Origin: a virus
Lineage: Duplodnaviria; Heunggongvirae; Uroviricota; Caudoviricetes
Virus record (IMG/VR): IMGVR_UViG_3300029305_007758
DNA: 64,000 bases
Strand: one strand, 5' to 3'
Below are positions 9,144-17,507 of this stretch, piece by piece. Numbering within the stretch: the stretch's first letter is position 1; every line of letters starts with the position of its first letter. The translations under genes and the position numbers were made by a program. The notes beneath the pieces were generated by a model. It did no database searches, was not told where the DNA came from, and saw only the letters and a program-made list of their open reading frames with translations.

Positions 9144-9335
9144 ATGAGAAAACCAAAAGTTGAAAACAAATATAATTTGAAACCAAAGGATATTGAGAGA
9201 GCAGTTGTTCTTGACCGTGAAAAATTAAGACAATCCCCATTTTGGAGAAATGATGTAATTGGAGCTTGGTGTTTAACTGGCGGTAGCGGTAAAGGATACT
9301 ACGGTGGACATATCAATTCTTATCTAAGATGTTAG
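9144..9335 (+). CDS. hypothetical protein (63 aa)
   Basis: AGGAG RBS. Motif A-like promoter upstream. Confidence 0.45.
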   Translation: MRKPKVENKYNLKPKDIERAVVLDREKLRQSPFWRNDVIGAWCLTGGSGKGYYGGHINSYLRC

Positions 9336-9480
9336 GTCTAATCCCCCGAATTATTCAACTTGTTATTTTTGTTCTTTAAGTTCGAAAACCTAACGATCTT
9401 AGATCAAAGGATTCACATTGTTTTACAATGTGAATTCAAACCCCTAATCTAAAGATTAGGGGACTTTGATTGGATTGGAT
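9336..9480 (+). other. structured non-coding region with three hairpins
   Basis: Long-range pairing atctaagatgttagg / cctaacgatcttagat. Perfect palindrome attcacattg tttt acaatgtgaat. Perfect palindrome cccctaatct aa agattagggg. Confidence 0.45.
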
Positions 9481-9697
9481 TTTATGATGAAAATGCAAAA
9501 TCATATGCCGGTAAAATCAGATTGAATTGCAGTGCATACGAAGATATGTGTAGCTATGATTTTGAAAAATTCTTTAATCCGGAAGAAATTGAAACAGAAA
9601 TTGATTTAGAATTACAGGAGAAATTACTCAGTAGAATCAATTGGTTAATTGATGAAGGTATTATTGAAATTTCGAAACAGTAAATGAGAAGTAGATT

Positions 9698-9730
9698 AGA
9701 CGATACGAATTTTGTATCGTCTTTTCTTTG
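9698..9730 (+). terminator. Rho-independent terminator
   Basis: agacgatac gaatttt gtatcgtct followed by tttctttg. Confidence 0.6.
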
Positions 9731-9844
9731 TTTCAAGAAAATAAATAACCTTACAATTCACTTCGTTTTTGTTAGAATTGAACCTTATATATGTATAACA
9801 AAAAAAACAACAAATACTAACATATAGTAGAAAGGAATTTAAAT

Positions 9845-10156
9845 ATGAAAATTAATATCACAGAAAAACCGGTTATGACAAAATTCGTCACAATTAATGG
9901 CGTTGAATTTGAATTGAGTCGCTTATATGGAAGCATTTATCAGATTATGAATGAAACAGAAGAAAATGATCACTATGGTGAATATTCACTTCGATCCTAT
10001 GAACTCAATGATAAAGAAACAATGGATAAGCTTGTTGCGATGGGTTATGTCAAAAATTACACCGGCAGCAGAATGGCGAATCTATATTGTATGGCAAACG
10101 AAAAGGGCTTAAAAGAGTTGTTGAACGCATTGAATGATGCAGAAAAAGAAAACTAA
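9845..10156 (+). CDS. hypothetical protein
   Basis: AAAGGAA RBS. Downstream of a double motif-A block at 9720..9800. Confidence 0.55.
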   Translation: MKINITEKPVMTKFVTINGVEFELSRLYGSIYQIMNETEENDHYGEYSLRSYELNDKETMDKLVAMGYVKNYTGSRMANLYCMANEKGLKELLNALNDAEKEN

Positions 10157-10173
10157 AGAAAGGACACAACGAT

Positions 10174-10503
10174 ATGGGTAAATACAACGCAAATTTATCA
10201 GATTGTGAAGAAATGATTTTATCAATCATTTTAGAATCAGACACAGATCCAACAATTTTAGATATTATGGCTGAAGCAAAAAGACGATTCAAAAAATCAT
10301 GGAAAATGCAGACTGCTGCAACATTTTTGACTCGAATGGAAGAAAAGGGCTATATCAGCCGATACAAACAGGGGCGTTACAGTCATTATGTATCAAAAAT
10401 GACATTGGATGAATTCCGAATTACAAAACTTGGTTACATGAAAGAATTGTTACTGTTTGAATCAACAAAAGAGATGCGAAAATATTTGAAAGAACATGTG
10501 TAA
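10174..10503 (+). CDS. BlaI/MecI/CopY-family winged-helix transcriptional repressor-like protein
   Basis: Matches the family N-terminal pattern (E..IL..IW.....T..EI......W...T..T.L.RL..KG.I). Paralog of 36016..36363. Confidence 0.5.
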   Translation: MGKYNANLSDCEEMILSIILESDTDPTILDIMAEAKRRFKKSWKMQTAATFLTRMEEKGYISRYKQGRYSHYVSKMTLDEFRITKLGYMKELLLFESTKEMRKYLKEHV

Positions 10504-10562
10504 TAAAATATCTTGTACCATATTTATTGATATAAATATAAAAGACACAAGGAGATAAACAA

Positions 10563-11291
10563 ATGACAAAAGAATACATTGATTCCATATTAAAAGAAAA
10601 CGAAGATATAGCGAATGATATCAAAAGAATTGCAGAACATTATACTTTATCAGATTTTGTCAAGGCACCACAAAATGTCTGGGACCATTTTGTAAAAAGT
10701 GAATTTTTCGACAATCATATTGGATGGTATATTTACGACAATAGAAATGATTATTTATGTATGTATTCAGAGAACACTGGATATAGATTAACATCTGAAT
10801 ATGCAAATTTTTTGCGTCATCTTTTAAATAATTACAAAGCTGTTGATACAGTGTTTTATATTGTTGCATATCATTATTTATCATTAGGTAAACAATTAGG
10901 ATACGATTTGACTGGAGATCATTATTCGCGGTTTCCATTTTTTGGTGATAAAATGTCACCATTGGCACAAAAACGTTATAAAAAATTACAAATTATTCAT
11001 AATGATAATGACTTGTATGATACTATAAAATCATTTGATGAAAAAGATTTAAACTATTATAATCATTTTCACAGGATTATTGATTGTTACCATCATGCTA
11101 CAAAATATTTTTCGTTGCTTAATTATTTAATTCATTTTGATTCTTTTACAAAAAAATATGAATTCCATCGAAGATTTGAAGACGCATTGGATTTGTTTAT
11201 ATTTCGATACAAAATTATTTTTACAGACCAATTAATACATAGTTATACAGAACGAGAAATCATTGATAGTTTGGTAGACTATAAAGAATAA
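10563..11291 (+). CDS. hypothetical protein
   Basis: AAGGAGA RBS. Confidence 0.6.
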   Translation: MTKEYIDSILKENEDIANDIKRIAEHYTLSDFVKAPQNVWDHFVKSEFFDNHIGWYIYDNRNDYLCMYSENTGYRLTSEYANFLRHLLNNYKAVDTVFYIVAYHYLSLGKQLGYDLTGDHYSRFPFFGDKMSPLAQKRYKKLQIIHNDNDLYDTIKSFDEKDLNYYNHFHRIIDCYHHATKYFSLLNYLIHFDSFTKKYEFHRRFEDALDLFIFRYKIIFTDQLIHSYTEREIIDSLVDYKE

Positions 11292-11336
11292 TACACATTA
11301 AACACTGTAGCAGAATTTCCTGTTGCAGTGTTTTTT

Positions 11337-11367
11337 CTACGTTTTCACTTAAATTGAACCTTATATC
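11337..11367 (+). promoter_or_regulatory. motif-A promoter-like element
   Basis: ctacgtttt cacttaaatt gaaccttatatc. Confidence 0.6.
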
Positions 11368-11405
11368 TGTAACAAATACATTTTGTACCAGAAAGGAATG
11401 TTATC

Positions 11406-12221
11406 ATGGAATTACGTAGAATAGAATTTGAAGCAGAATGTGGAGAAAACATTAAAGAATATGCAAACAGGGCGATTACTTGTTTGTTGGAGAAGCAAAA
11501 GAAACATAAGGATTTTGAATCATATTTTGTTTGTACTTTTAATGGCGTGAAAATTATTATTACAAAATCATCAACTGTTGACTCGATTTTAGATGATTAT
11601 CATGCACGTTTGGATAACAATGCATATGAGTATCGTCAGACAGATGAATACAAAGAAGCTGAAGCAAAAAGAGAAAAAGAACTTAAAGAATTAAATGAAA
11701 AAGCAACCCGGATGTTAATTCAATTTGAAAAACTCAATAAACAAAACAAATTAGCACTTATCAATTGGCTCGCATCGTTCCAGCCTTTATCGGATCATGT
11801 AGGTGTTGTATGTGACAAATCATTAATTGTTTCAGAATTACATAAGGCAGGTTATGTGGAAAATATGAACTGTGACATTAATCATGCCGGGCCACCAACA
11901 TCTGATGAATATGCTGGTTGGATTATTGGAAAGTGTCTTGCTGGATTAGAATCTGTTGGTGCAATTCATCAAATGATTCCGATTTTTGCTGACAGATATA
12001 GAGATTTGCTCAAATTAGATTATGCAAAATTAACTGGTTCATGGGCTGCGTTTAAAGTTCCTGGTATGGATCTGGTATTGCATGGAAAAGTATTAAAAGC
12101 ATATGTAGAAAGAAACGGATACTGTCTGGTCAAATGTAAAAATGGGCAAAAACGACATATATACATGGATGAAATAATACAATTTTGTGATTCAAAAGAA
12201 GAGTGTTACAAAATTAAATAA
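11406..12221 (+). CDS. hypothetical protein
   Basis: AAAGGAA RBS. Downstream of motif A at 11337..11367. Confidence 0.6.
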   Translation: MELRRIEFEAECGENIKEYANRAITCLLEKQKKHKDFESYFVCTFNGVKIIITKSSTVDSILDDYHARLDNNAYEYRQTDEYKEAEAKREKELKELNEKATRMLIQFEKLNKQNKLALINWLASFQPLSDHVGVVCDKSLIVSELHKAGYVENMNCDINHAGPPTSDEYAGWIIGKCLAGLESVGAIHQMIPIFADRYRDLLKLDYAKLTGSWAAFKVPGMDLVLHGKVLKAYVERNGYCLVKCKNGQKRHIYMDEIIQFCDSKEECYKIK

Positions 12222-12307
12222 GGAAATAAGAAATACTGTAGCAGAATTACCTGTTGCAGTGTTTTTTATGCATTGTGAAATTTGAAACCATATTTAATAT
12301 GATACTT

Positions 12308-12338
12308 CTACGTTTTAACATAAACTGATCCTTATAAA
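12308..12338 (+). promoter_or_regulatory. motif-A promoter-like element (a motif B lies about 40 nt upstream)
   Basis: ctacgtttt aacataaact gatccttataaa. aaaccatatttaa at about 12278. Confidence 0.55.
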
Positions 12339-12361
12339 TAGGATGAAAGGAAACAGTAACA

Positions 12362-12901
12362 TTGAATGAATTTATAAACAGCAGCATTATTCAAAAATTA
12401 TCGTCTGCTACAAATATGAAAATTGAATCAAAAGATGATGTATTACATGCAATAGATACACTGTTGGATAAATTAGAGGTTTCAGAAGCTATGAATCCAT
12501 CTAAAATTACGTCTGCAAAAAGCAAACTTGTATATTGTAAAAACTGTGGCAAGCAAATTTTGGCAAATGGCATTGAAACAATGTGTTATTTCTGCAAAGA
12601 TCAGGAACTGTTTGAAAGTGTAAAAGAATATATCCGCAACAATGATGTTAGAGAATATGAAGTTGCTACAAAATTTAAAATTCCTGTATCACGTGTTCGT
12701 AATTGGATTCGTGAAGGCCGAATTCAATATAAAGAAGCTGATACAACTAAAATTATTACACATTGCATTGTCTGTGGCGAGCCTATTCGCTTTGGTACCG
12801 TTTGTTCCAGATGCTTAAGAACACAAAATATGTCTGGTACAGAAACAGCACTTAAAGTATCAGATCCTGGAGGAATGTGGTTTTTAGGAAACAATGAATA
12901 A
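12362..12901 (+). CDS. zinc-ribbon protein (two CxxC pairs)
   Basis: TTG start with an AAAGGAAA RBS. The nearby ATG is out of frame. CKNCGK..CYFCKD and CIVCGE..CSRC motifs. Confidence 0.45.
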   Translation: MNEFINSSIIQKLSSATNMKIESKDDVLHAIDTLLDKLEVSEAMNPSKITSAKSKLVYCKNCGKQILANGIETMCYFCKDQELFESVKEYIRNNDVREYEVATKFKIPVSRVRNWIREGRIQYKEADTTKIITHCIVCGEPIRFGTVCSRCLRTQNMSGTETALKVSDPGGMWFLGNNE

Positions 12902-12918
12902 AGAAAGGATGAACAATT

Positions 12919-13122
12919 ATGATACGTTCAGAAATTAATCGTAGACAGTTTTCAAACAAAGGGCAATCTTGGTTCAGTTATCATATGGCAGGCTGGGCTT
13001 GTAATCATAGAGGTTGGCAGAAAATGAAGTTACGAAACAAACGACTGTTTAAAAGAAAGTTTCGTAACGAAATGAGACGAGAAATTGAAGATACATTAAA
13101 AGAAATAGAAAAATCATATTAA
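12919..13122 (+). CDS. small basic protein
   Basis: GAAAGGA RBS. Confidence 0.45.
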   Translation: MIRSEINRRQFSNKGQSWFSYHMAGWACNHRGWQKMKLRNKRLFKRKFRNEMRREIEDTLKEIEKSY

Positions 13123-13145
13123 CAAAATCATGGAGGATGAAACTT

Positions 13146-13751
13146 ATGCCAATAGTAGGTGAAGGTGATTATGTAAAAATAGAATATTCGATACCGAAAG
13201 AAATTAAGGAACTTGTAACATATGATTTCTTAAAAGAATTTCGAAATCAGTTATTCCGTATTCATAAACATTATGACTTAGGAACATTTGCAGATGTAGG
13301 TATTCCAATTAACACATCAACAGCTGGTTGGTATACGGCATTTGGGAAGGCCTGTTTGGTCACACATAATGAATCATTATTTGATTATTACAGAACACTT
13401 CCTTGGTACGATAGTGATTTGTTCGATAGTGAACTTGCAGAAATGTTAGTAGAACAGAAATTAATCCTTGACGATGCTGCAAAAGTAATTGGCGAACAAT
13501 TAGGAATTGACCCAGAGGATATTGTTAGATGTTGCGATTGCGGAAAAATATATACAAAAGATATGATAGAACTTGTTTCAAAAGATGACGATGATTTTGA
13601 TAACGAATATGAACAATATCGTTGTTTTTACTGTATCGATTACAAAAACAGAAGCAATAAAGAACATAATGTAACAGATTATTATCGAGAGGTTATAAAT
13701 GAATTGGATGAATATAAAGCATCTCATCCAATTTGTAACGAAGAGGAGTGA
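13146..13751 (+). CDS. hypothetical protein
   Basis: GGAGG RBS 9 nt upstream of ATG 13146. Confidence 0.55.
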   Translation: MPIVGEGDYVKIEYSIPKEIKELVTYDFLKEFRNQLFRIHKHYDLGTFADVGIPINTSTAGWYTAFGKACLVTHNESLFDYYRTLPWYDSDLFDSELAEMLVEQKLILDDAAKVIGEQLGIDPEDIVRCCDCGKIYTKDMIELVSKDDDDFDNEYEQYRCFYCIDYKNRSNKEHNVTDYYREVINELDEYKASHPICNEEE

Positions 13752-13756
13752 TAACA

Positions 13757-13996
13757 ATGGTATCAGGAATTAATATGATGACAAAACAGGTAAATGTAAC
13801 AGTTGATATTGATGTGGCCAGAGTAATGCTTGGAATTGCCGGATTTGATATAAAAGGCAAATCTGATGATGAAGTGTTTGAACAAGTGCTTGAAATGATG
13901 ACTGATTATGGCGGTACAGGAGAAGTTGTGGAGAATATTTCATTAACTGAAAAAGAATTCGATACATATGATGAACTAGATCCGGAATTAGGATAA
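13757..13996 (+). CDS. hypothetical acidic protein
   Basis: AGAGGAG RBS. Confidence 0.45.
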   Translation: MVSGINMMTKQVNVTVDIDVARVMLGIAGFDIKGKSDDEVFEQVLEMMTDYGGTGEVVENISLTEKEFDTYDELDPELG

Positions 13997-14012
13997 TAAC
14001 ATAATTATAGAG

Positions 14013-14041
14013 AAGATGATACACTTTTGTATCATCTTTTT
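14013..14041 (+). terminator. Rho-independent terminator
   Basis: agatgatac actttt gtatcatct followed by tttt. Confidence 0.6.
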
Positions 14042-14072
14042 CTACGTTTTAAGTATAAATGAACCTTATATA
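14042..14072 (+). promoter_or_regulatory. motif-A promoter-like element upstream of the alarmone-hydrolase gene
   Basis: ctacgtttt aagtataaat gaaccttatata. Confidence 0.6.
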
Positions 14073-14104
14073 CATATAAAACAGTTTAAGTGGAGGTAGA
14101 ATTG

Positions 14105-14767
14105 ATGAATGAAACAAAAGCTTATGTACCAAATGTTGAAAAAATGTACACATATTTACGAGGCTTTTTAGTTGGAGCACAGATGGCTGAATCAATTCAT
14201 GCGTTGCAGTTTGCCCGTGAGCAGCATAAAGACCAGCTACGTAAAAATAATGTCCCATATATTATTCACCCATTATCTATGGCTTGTTATGCTGTTGCAT
14301 TAGGAATTCGGGACGATAATATGATAGCAACAATTTTGCTGCATGATGTTGTAGAAGACTGCAATGTACCGGTGGAACAGTTGCCATTTAATGATGAAAT
14401 CAAACGCGGTGTCAAATATATGACTGTAACAAAGTTTGATACGGACCGGGATAAGGTTGAAACAAAAGCTCGTTACTATAGAAATCTGTTAGAAGATCGC
14501 AATGCTTTACTTTGTAAAGCATTTGACCGTTACAATAATCTTTGTGACATGCCGTTTGCATTGTCAGCAGATGCAATTGGTAAAAATGTGGCTGAAACAG
14601 AAGTATTTTTATTACCAATTCTTAAAGAAGCAAAAGAGAAGTGGGCAGATTTGTCGGACATTTTATTTGTGCTTCGGACAAATATCCGCAGCGTAAATGA
14701 TATTTTGAAACTACATAATCCAAAAGAAGCAGAGCATTGGATTAAATATTATTTGGGAGAAGAATAG
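14105..14767 (+). CDS. SpoT/Mesh1-like HD-domain small alarmone ((p)ppGpp) hydrolase
   Basis: The HPLSMACYAV...ATILLHDVVEDC segment matches the RelA/SpoT hydrolase HD motif (H..H...LLHDvvED). GGAGG RBS. Motif A at 14042..14072. Confidence 0.7.
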   Translation: MNETKAYVPNVEKMYTYLRGFLVGAQMAESIHALQFAREQHKDQLRKNNVPYIIHPLSMACYAVALGIRDDNMIATILLHDVVEDCNVPVEQLPFNDEIKRGVKYMTVTKFDTDRDKVETKARYYRNLLEDRNALLCKAFDRYNNLCDMPFALSADAIGKNVAETEVFLLPILKEAKEKWADLSDILFVLRTNIRSVNDILKLHNPKEAEHWIKYYLGEE

Positions 14768-14768
14768 T

Positions 14769-14951
14769 ATGTTAACAAAAAAGCAGAAAGAACGATTTGA
14801 TCGAAACGGATATACGTATCCAAAAGAAAAGGATACGCCAATTATTGATTTTTTTGATGATTTAACCGAACATATATTGTTTAAGCCTACTCTATTTCTC
14901 ATTATTCAATATCTGATTTTTGCAGGATATATAGGATATATAACAAATTAA
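14769..14951 (+). CDS. small membrane protein
   Basis: GGGAGAAG RBS. Confidence 0.35.
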   Translation: MLTKKQKERFDRNGYTYPKEKDTPIIDFFDDLTEHILFKPTLFLIIQYLIFAGYIGYITN

Positions 14952-14964
14952 GAAGGGATTAGTG

Positions 14965-15504
14965 ATGAATAGATTTTTTATAAGTGACACGCATTTTGGT
15001 CACTATGGCATGTTAAAACATGAATCATCGAGTCGTCCATTTAAAAGCATCGAAGAAATGGATGAAACAATGGTTCGTAACTGGAATTCTGTTGTCGGTA
15101 AAAATGATGAAGTATATATTTTAGGCGACTTTTCGTGGCATAAAAATCCGGAACGAACATTAGAGATTTTAAAGCAACTTCATGGCAAGAAATATTTGGT
15201 ACTTGGCAATCATGATGAACAGATTGTAAAGAACAAAGAACTTCGGGATCAGTTTATTTGGGTTAAGGATTATTATCGACTCAATGTTAATGGTTTGAAG
15301 ATTATTTTGTTCCATTACCCGATTCAGGATTGGGATTGCAAATTCCATGGGTCCATTCATTTATATGGCCATGTACATAGTAACAAGAATAACGCCATGC
15401 CGCTTGAAATTCCAGGCTCATACAATGTATGTGCCGATGTGAATGGGTTGACACCGGTAAGTTTGGAACAGATTAAGAAACGATTAGGAGTGTATGCAAC
15501 ATGA
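14965..15504 (+). CDS. calcineurin-like metallophosphoesterase
   Basis: Motifs DTHFGH, GDF, GNHD. Confidence 0.7.
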   Translation: MNRFFISDTHFGHYGMLKHESSSRPFKSIEEMDETMVRNWNSVVGKNDEVYILGDFSWHKNPERTLEILKQLHGKKYLVLGNHDEQIVKNKELRDQFIWVKDYYRLNVNGLKIILFHYPIQDWDCKFHGSIHLYGHVHSNKNNAMPLEIPGSYNVCADVNGLTPVSLEQIKKRLGVYAT

Positions 15505-16505
15505 AAGTTGTATTTTTAGATGTTTGTGGCGTTTTGTATAATTGCTATACGAAAGAACTGACGCCAAATAAAATGTGTGGGGTTGATAATTCATTAGTTA
15601 AACGCTTTTCTGAAATAGTAAAAGAACTTGATTTAACGATTGTCTTAATAGGATCATTTGGAAGAGATAATTTAACGGAGCAAGAATATCTTCAAGAAAA
15701 AATGGCGAAATATGGTATTGAATTTACAGATACTGCATATTCAGAATGGCTTGAAAAGTATGAAATTGGTGTTAGAAATTATTTATCTAAGCATGATGTT
15801 GAATCATATGTAATTCTTTACAGCAATTATGGTGGCCCACTCGACAAATATGAAAATGAACTTGAATATCATTTAGTGAACGTAAGTCGTTTAACAGGGT
15901 TAACGGATGCAGATGTTGATAAAATAAAAGAGATTATTAATGGTAGATTAGCAGTGCCAGCGGATACCGATGATAAAAAAGAGATTAAAAAAGAGACTGT
16001 TAAAGGAGAAACAAAAATGGCAGAACAGAAGAAAATTAAGCCAATGACAATTGCGGAATGTCAGGTTGAGACAATTAAGCATATTGACAGAGTCAGATAT
16101 TACATTCGTATTTTTACAGATAAACTCACTACAAGAGGTGTGGAACATGATAAAACGAAGCTTGAATCACCGGAAGTAGAGTTATTTGCAGAACATACAC
16201 CAAAGTTAGCAAGTTTAACTTATGGCACAGAAGAATATCAGCAGTCGTTAGATGAATTAAATATTGCATTGCAACATCATTATGCGCAGCATAGACATCA
16301 TCCGGAACATTTTAAACGTGGTATTAATGACATGAATCTTGTTGATATTGTTGAATTTTTCTGTGACATTAAAGCTGCTTCAGAACGTCAGCATGATGGG
16401 AATTTGTTAAAAAGTATCGAGTCGTGTGCGGAACGATTTGGTATCGATGATCAGTTGAAGCAGATTTTAATCAATACTGCAAAGATGATTGATGAACAGG
16501 GGTAA
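15501..16505 (+). CDS. fusion of a degenerate HAD-like phosphatase domain and a C-terminal HD-domain phosphohydrolase
   Basis: N-terminal FLDVCGVL is a degenerate DxDG motif. C-terminal H..HD..D pattern (KHIDRV..EHDK..FFCD). ATGA overlap with the upstream gene. Confidence 0.55.
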   Translation: MKVVFLDVCGVLYNCYTKELTPNKMCGVDNSLVKRFSEIVKELDLTIVLIGSFGRDNLTEQEYLQEKMAKYGIEFTDTAYSEWLEKYEIGVRNYLSKHDVESYVILYSNYGGPLDKYENELEYHLVNVSRLTGLTDADVDKIKEIINGRLAVPADTDDKKEIKKETVKGETKMAEQKKIKPMTIAECQVETIKHIDRVRYYIRIFTDKLTTRGVEHDKTKLESPEVELFAEHTPKLASLTYGTEEYQQSLDELNIALQHHYAQHRHHPEHFKRGINDMNLVDIVEFFCDIKAASERQHDGNLLKSIESCAERFGIDDQLKQILINTAKMIDEQG

Positions 16506-16511
16506 ATATAT

Positions 16512-16970
16512 ATGAAAGTATTGTTTTTGGACATTGATGGTGTTTTAAATAATGACGCCACAACAGAAAAGTCCCCAGATGGATATACAGGTATTGATGA
16601 TTCATTGGTAGAGCGTTTAGCAAAAGTTATTAAAGAATTGGAATTAACAATTGTATTAACATCTACATGGAAAGATGATTGGATCAACAAGAAGCCAGAT
16701 GGATTATATCTTGATGCAAAAATGGAGAAACATGATATCCAAATTTTAAATAGGACATTTGATACATCAGAAAGTAAACGTGGCTCTGGTATTCGAACAT
16801 ATCTGTCACAGAATGACATTGAATCATATGTAATCGTAGACGATAATGACTTTTCAGATTTTACAGATGAACTGTTGGATCATTTTGTAATGACAAATCC
16901 TGTAACGGGTTTATCTGATGCAGATATTGTTGCAATTAAAAAGATTGTGAAAAAGGAGAAAAACACATGA
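16512..16970 (+). CDS. HAD-like phosphatase (paralog of the N-terminal domain of 15501..16505)
   Basis: FLDIDGVLNN, an intact DxDG motif I. Confidence 0.6.
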   Translation: MKVLFLDIDGVLNNDATTEKSPDGYTGIDDSLVERLAKVIKELELTIVLTSTWKDDWINKKPDGLYLDAKMEKHDIQILNRTFDTSESKRGSGIRTYLSQNDIESYVIVDDNDFSDFTDELLDHFVMTNPVTGLSDADIVAIKKIVKKEKNT

Positions 16971-17084
16971 GTCATACACAGATTACTGCAACACTAATTG
17001 GAATTACCATATTGATTGCTTGGCTGCTTAAAGATCCAATTATCAATATGTTTCAGTGTTTGATGAATTAAAGGAGATAGGTTT

Positions 17085-17405
17085 ATGAAATTGTCGGATT
17101 GGACAGTAGTAACATACGAAAACGAAGGAAATTCAAAATCACATTATCTTTATGGACCAATTGAAGAATTTATAGAAAATGAAGAAGATAGGTACAATAT
17201 GAATATTGTACCACAAGAAGAGTGGTCTATCGAAAATATGATAGAAATTACCAGTAACTTGTTAGAAGATATCAATCATCATAAAACAGAGGCTGCGCCA
17301 CGATTTATTGTCGGCACAATGATTTCGGTGGGGATCAGTGATGATGATATCAAAAGTTTTATGCGGGAGTATATGGAACAAATTTATAATCGATACGGGT
17401 ATTGA
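17085..17405 (+). CDS. hypothetical protein
   Basis: AAAGGAGA RBS. Confidence 0.5.
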   Translation: MKLSDWTVVTYENEGNSKSHYLYGPIEEFIENEEDRYNMNIVPQEEWSIENMIEITSNLLEDINHHKTEAAPRFIVGTMISVGISDDDIKSFMREYMEQIYNRYGY

Positions 17406-17461
17406 AAGTATCGATATGAGAACGGTACAGTTTTGTATCGTTCTTTTTCTTTGTTCCAATT

Positions 17462-17476
17462 CAAACCATATTTATT
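17462..17476 (+). promoter_or_regulatory. motif-B promoter-like element (AACCATATTTAT)
   Basis: tcaaaccatatttatt, about 35 nt upstream of ATG 17508. Confidence 0.5.
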
Positions 17477-17507
17477 GTAACAAAACACAATAGAAAGGTT
17501 TGTTACA

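Noticed and set aside
9375-9395. GTTCGAAA resembling a tRNA T-loop
   Set aside because: No flanking 5 bp T-stem, acceptor stem, D-arm or anticodon arm could be built, so it is not a tRNA. The region is listed instead as structured non-coding.
12366-12368. ATG as start of the zinc-ribbon gene
   Set aside because: That ATG is out of frame (MNL-stop). The in-frame start is TTG at 12362 with the same RBS. An alternative is the in-frame ATG at 12416 without an RBS.
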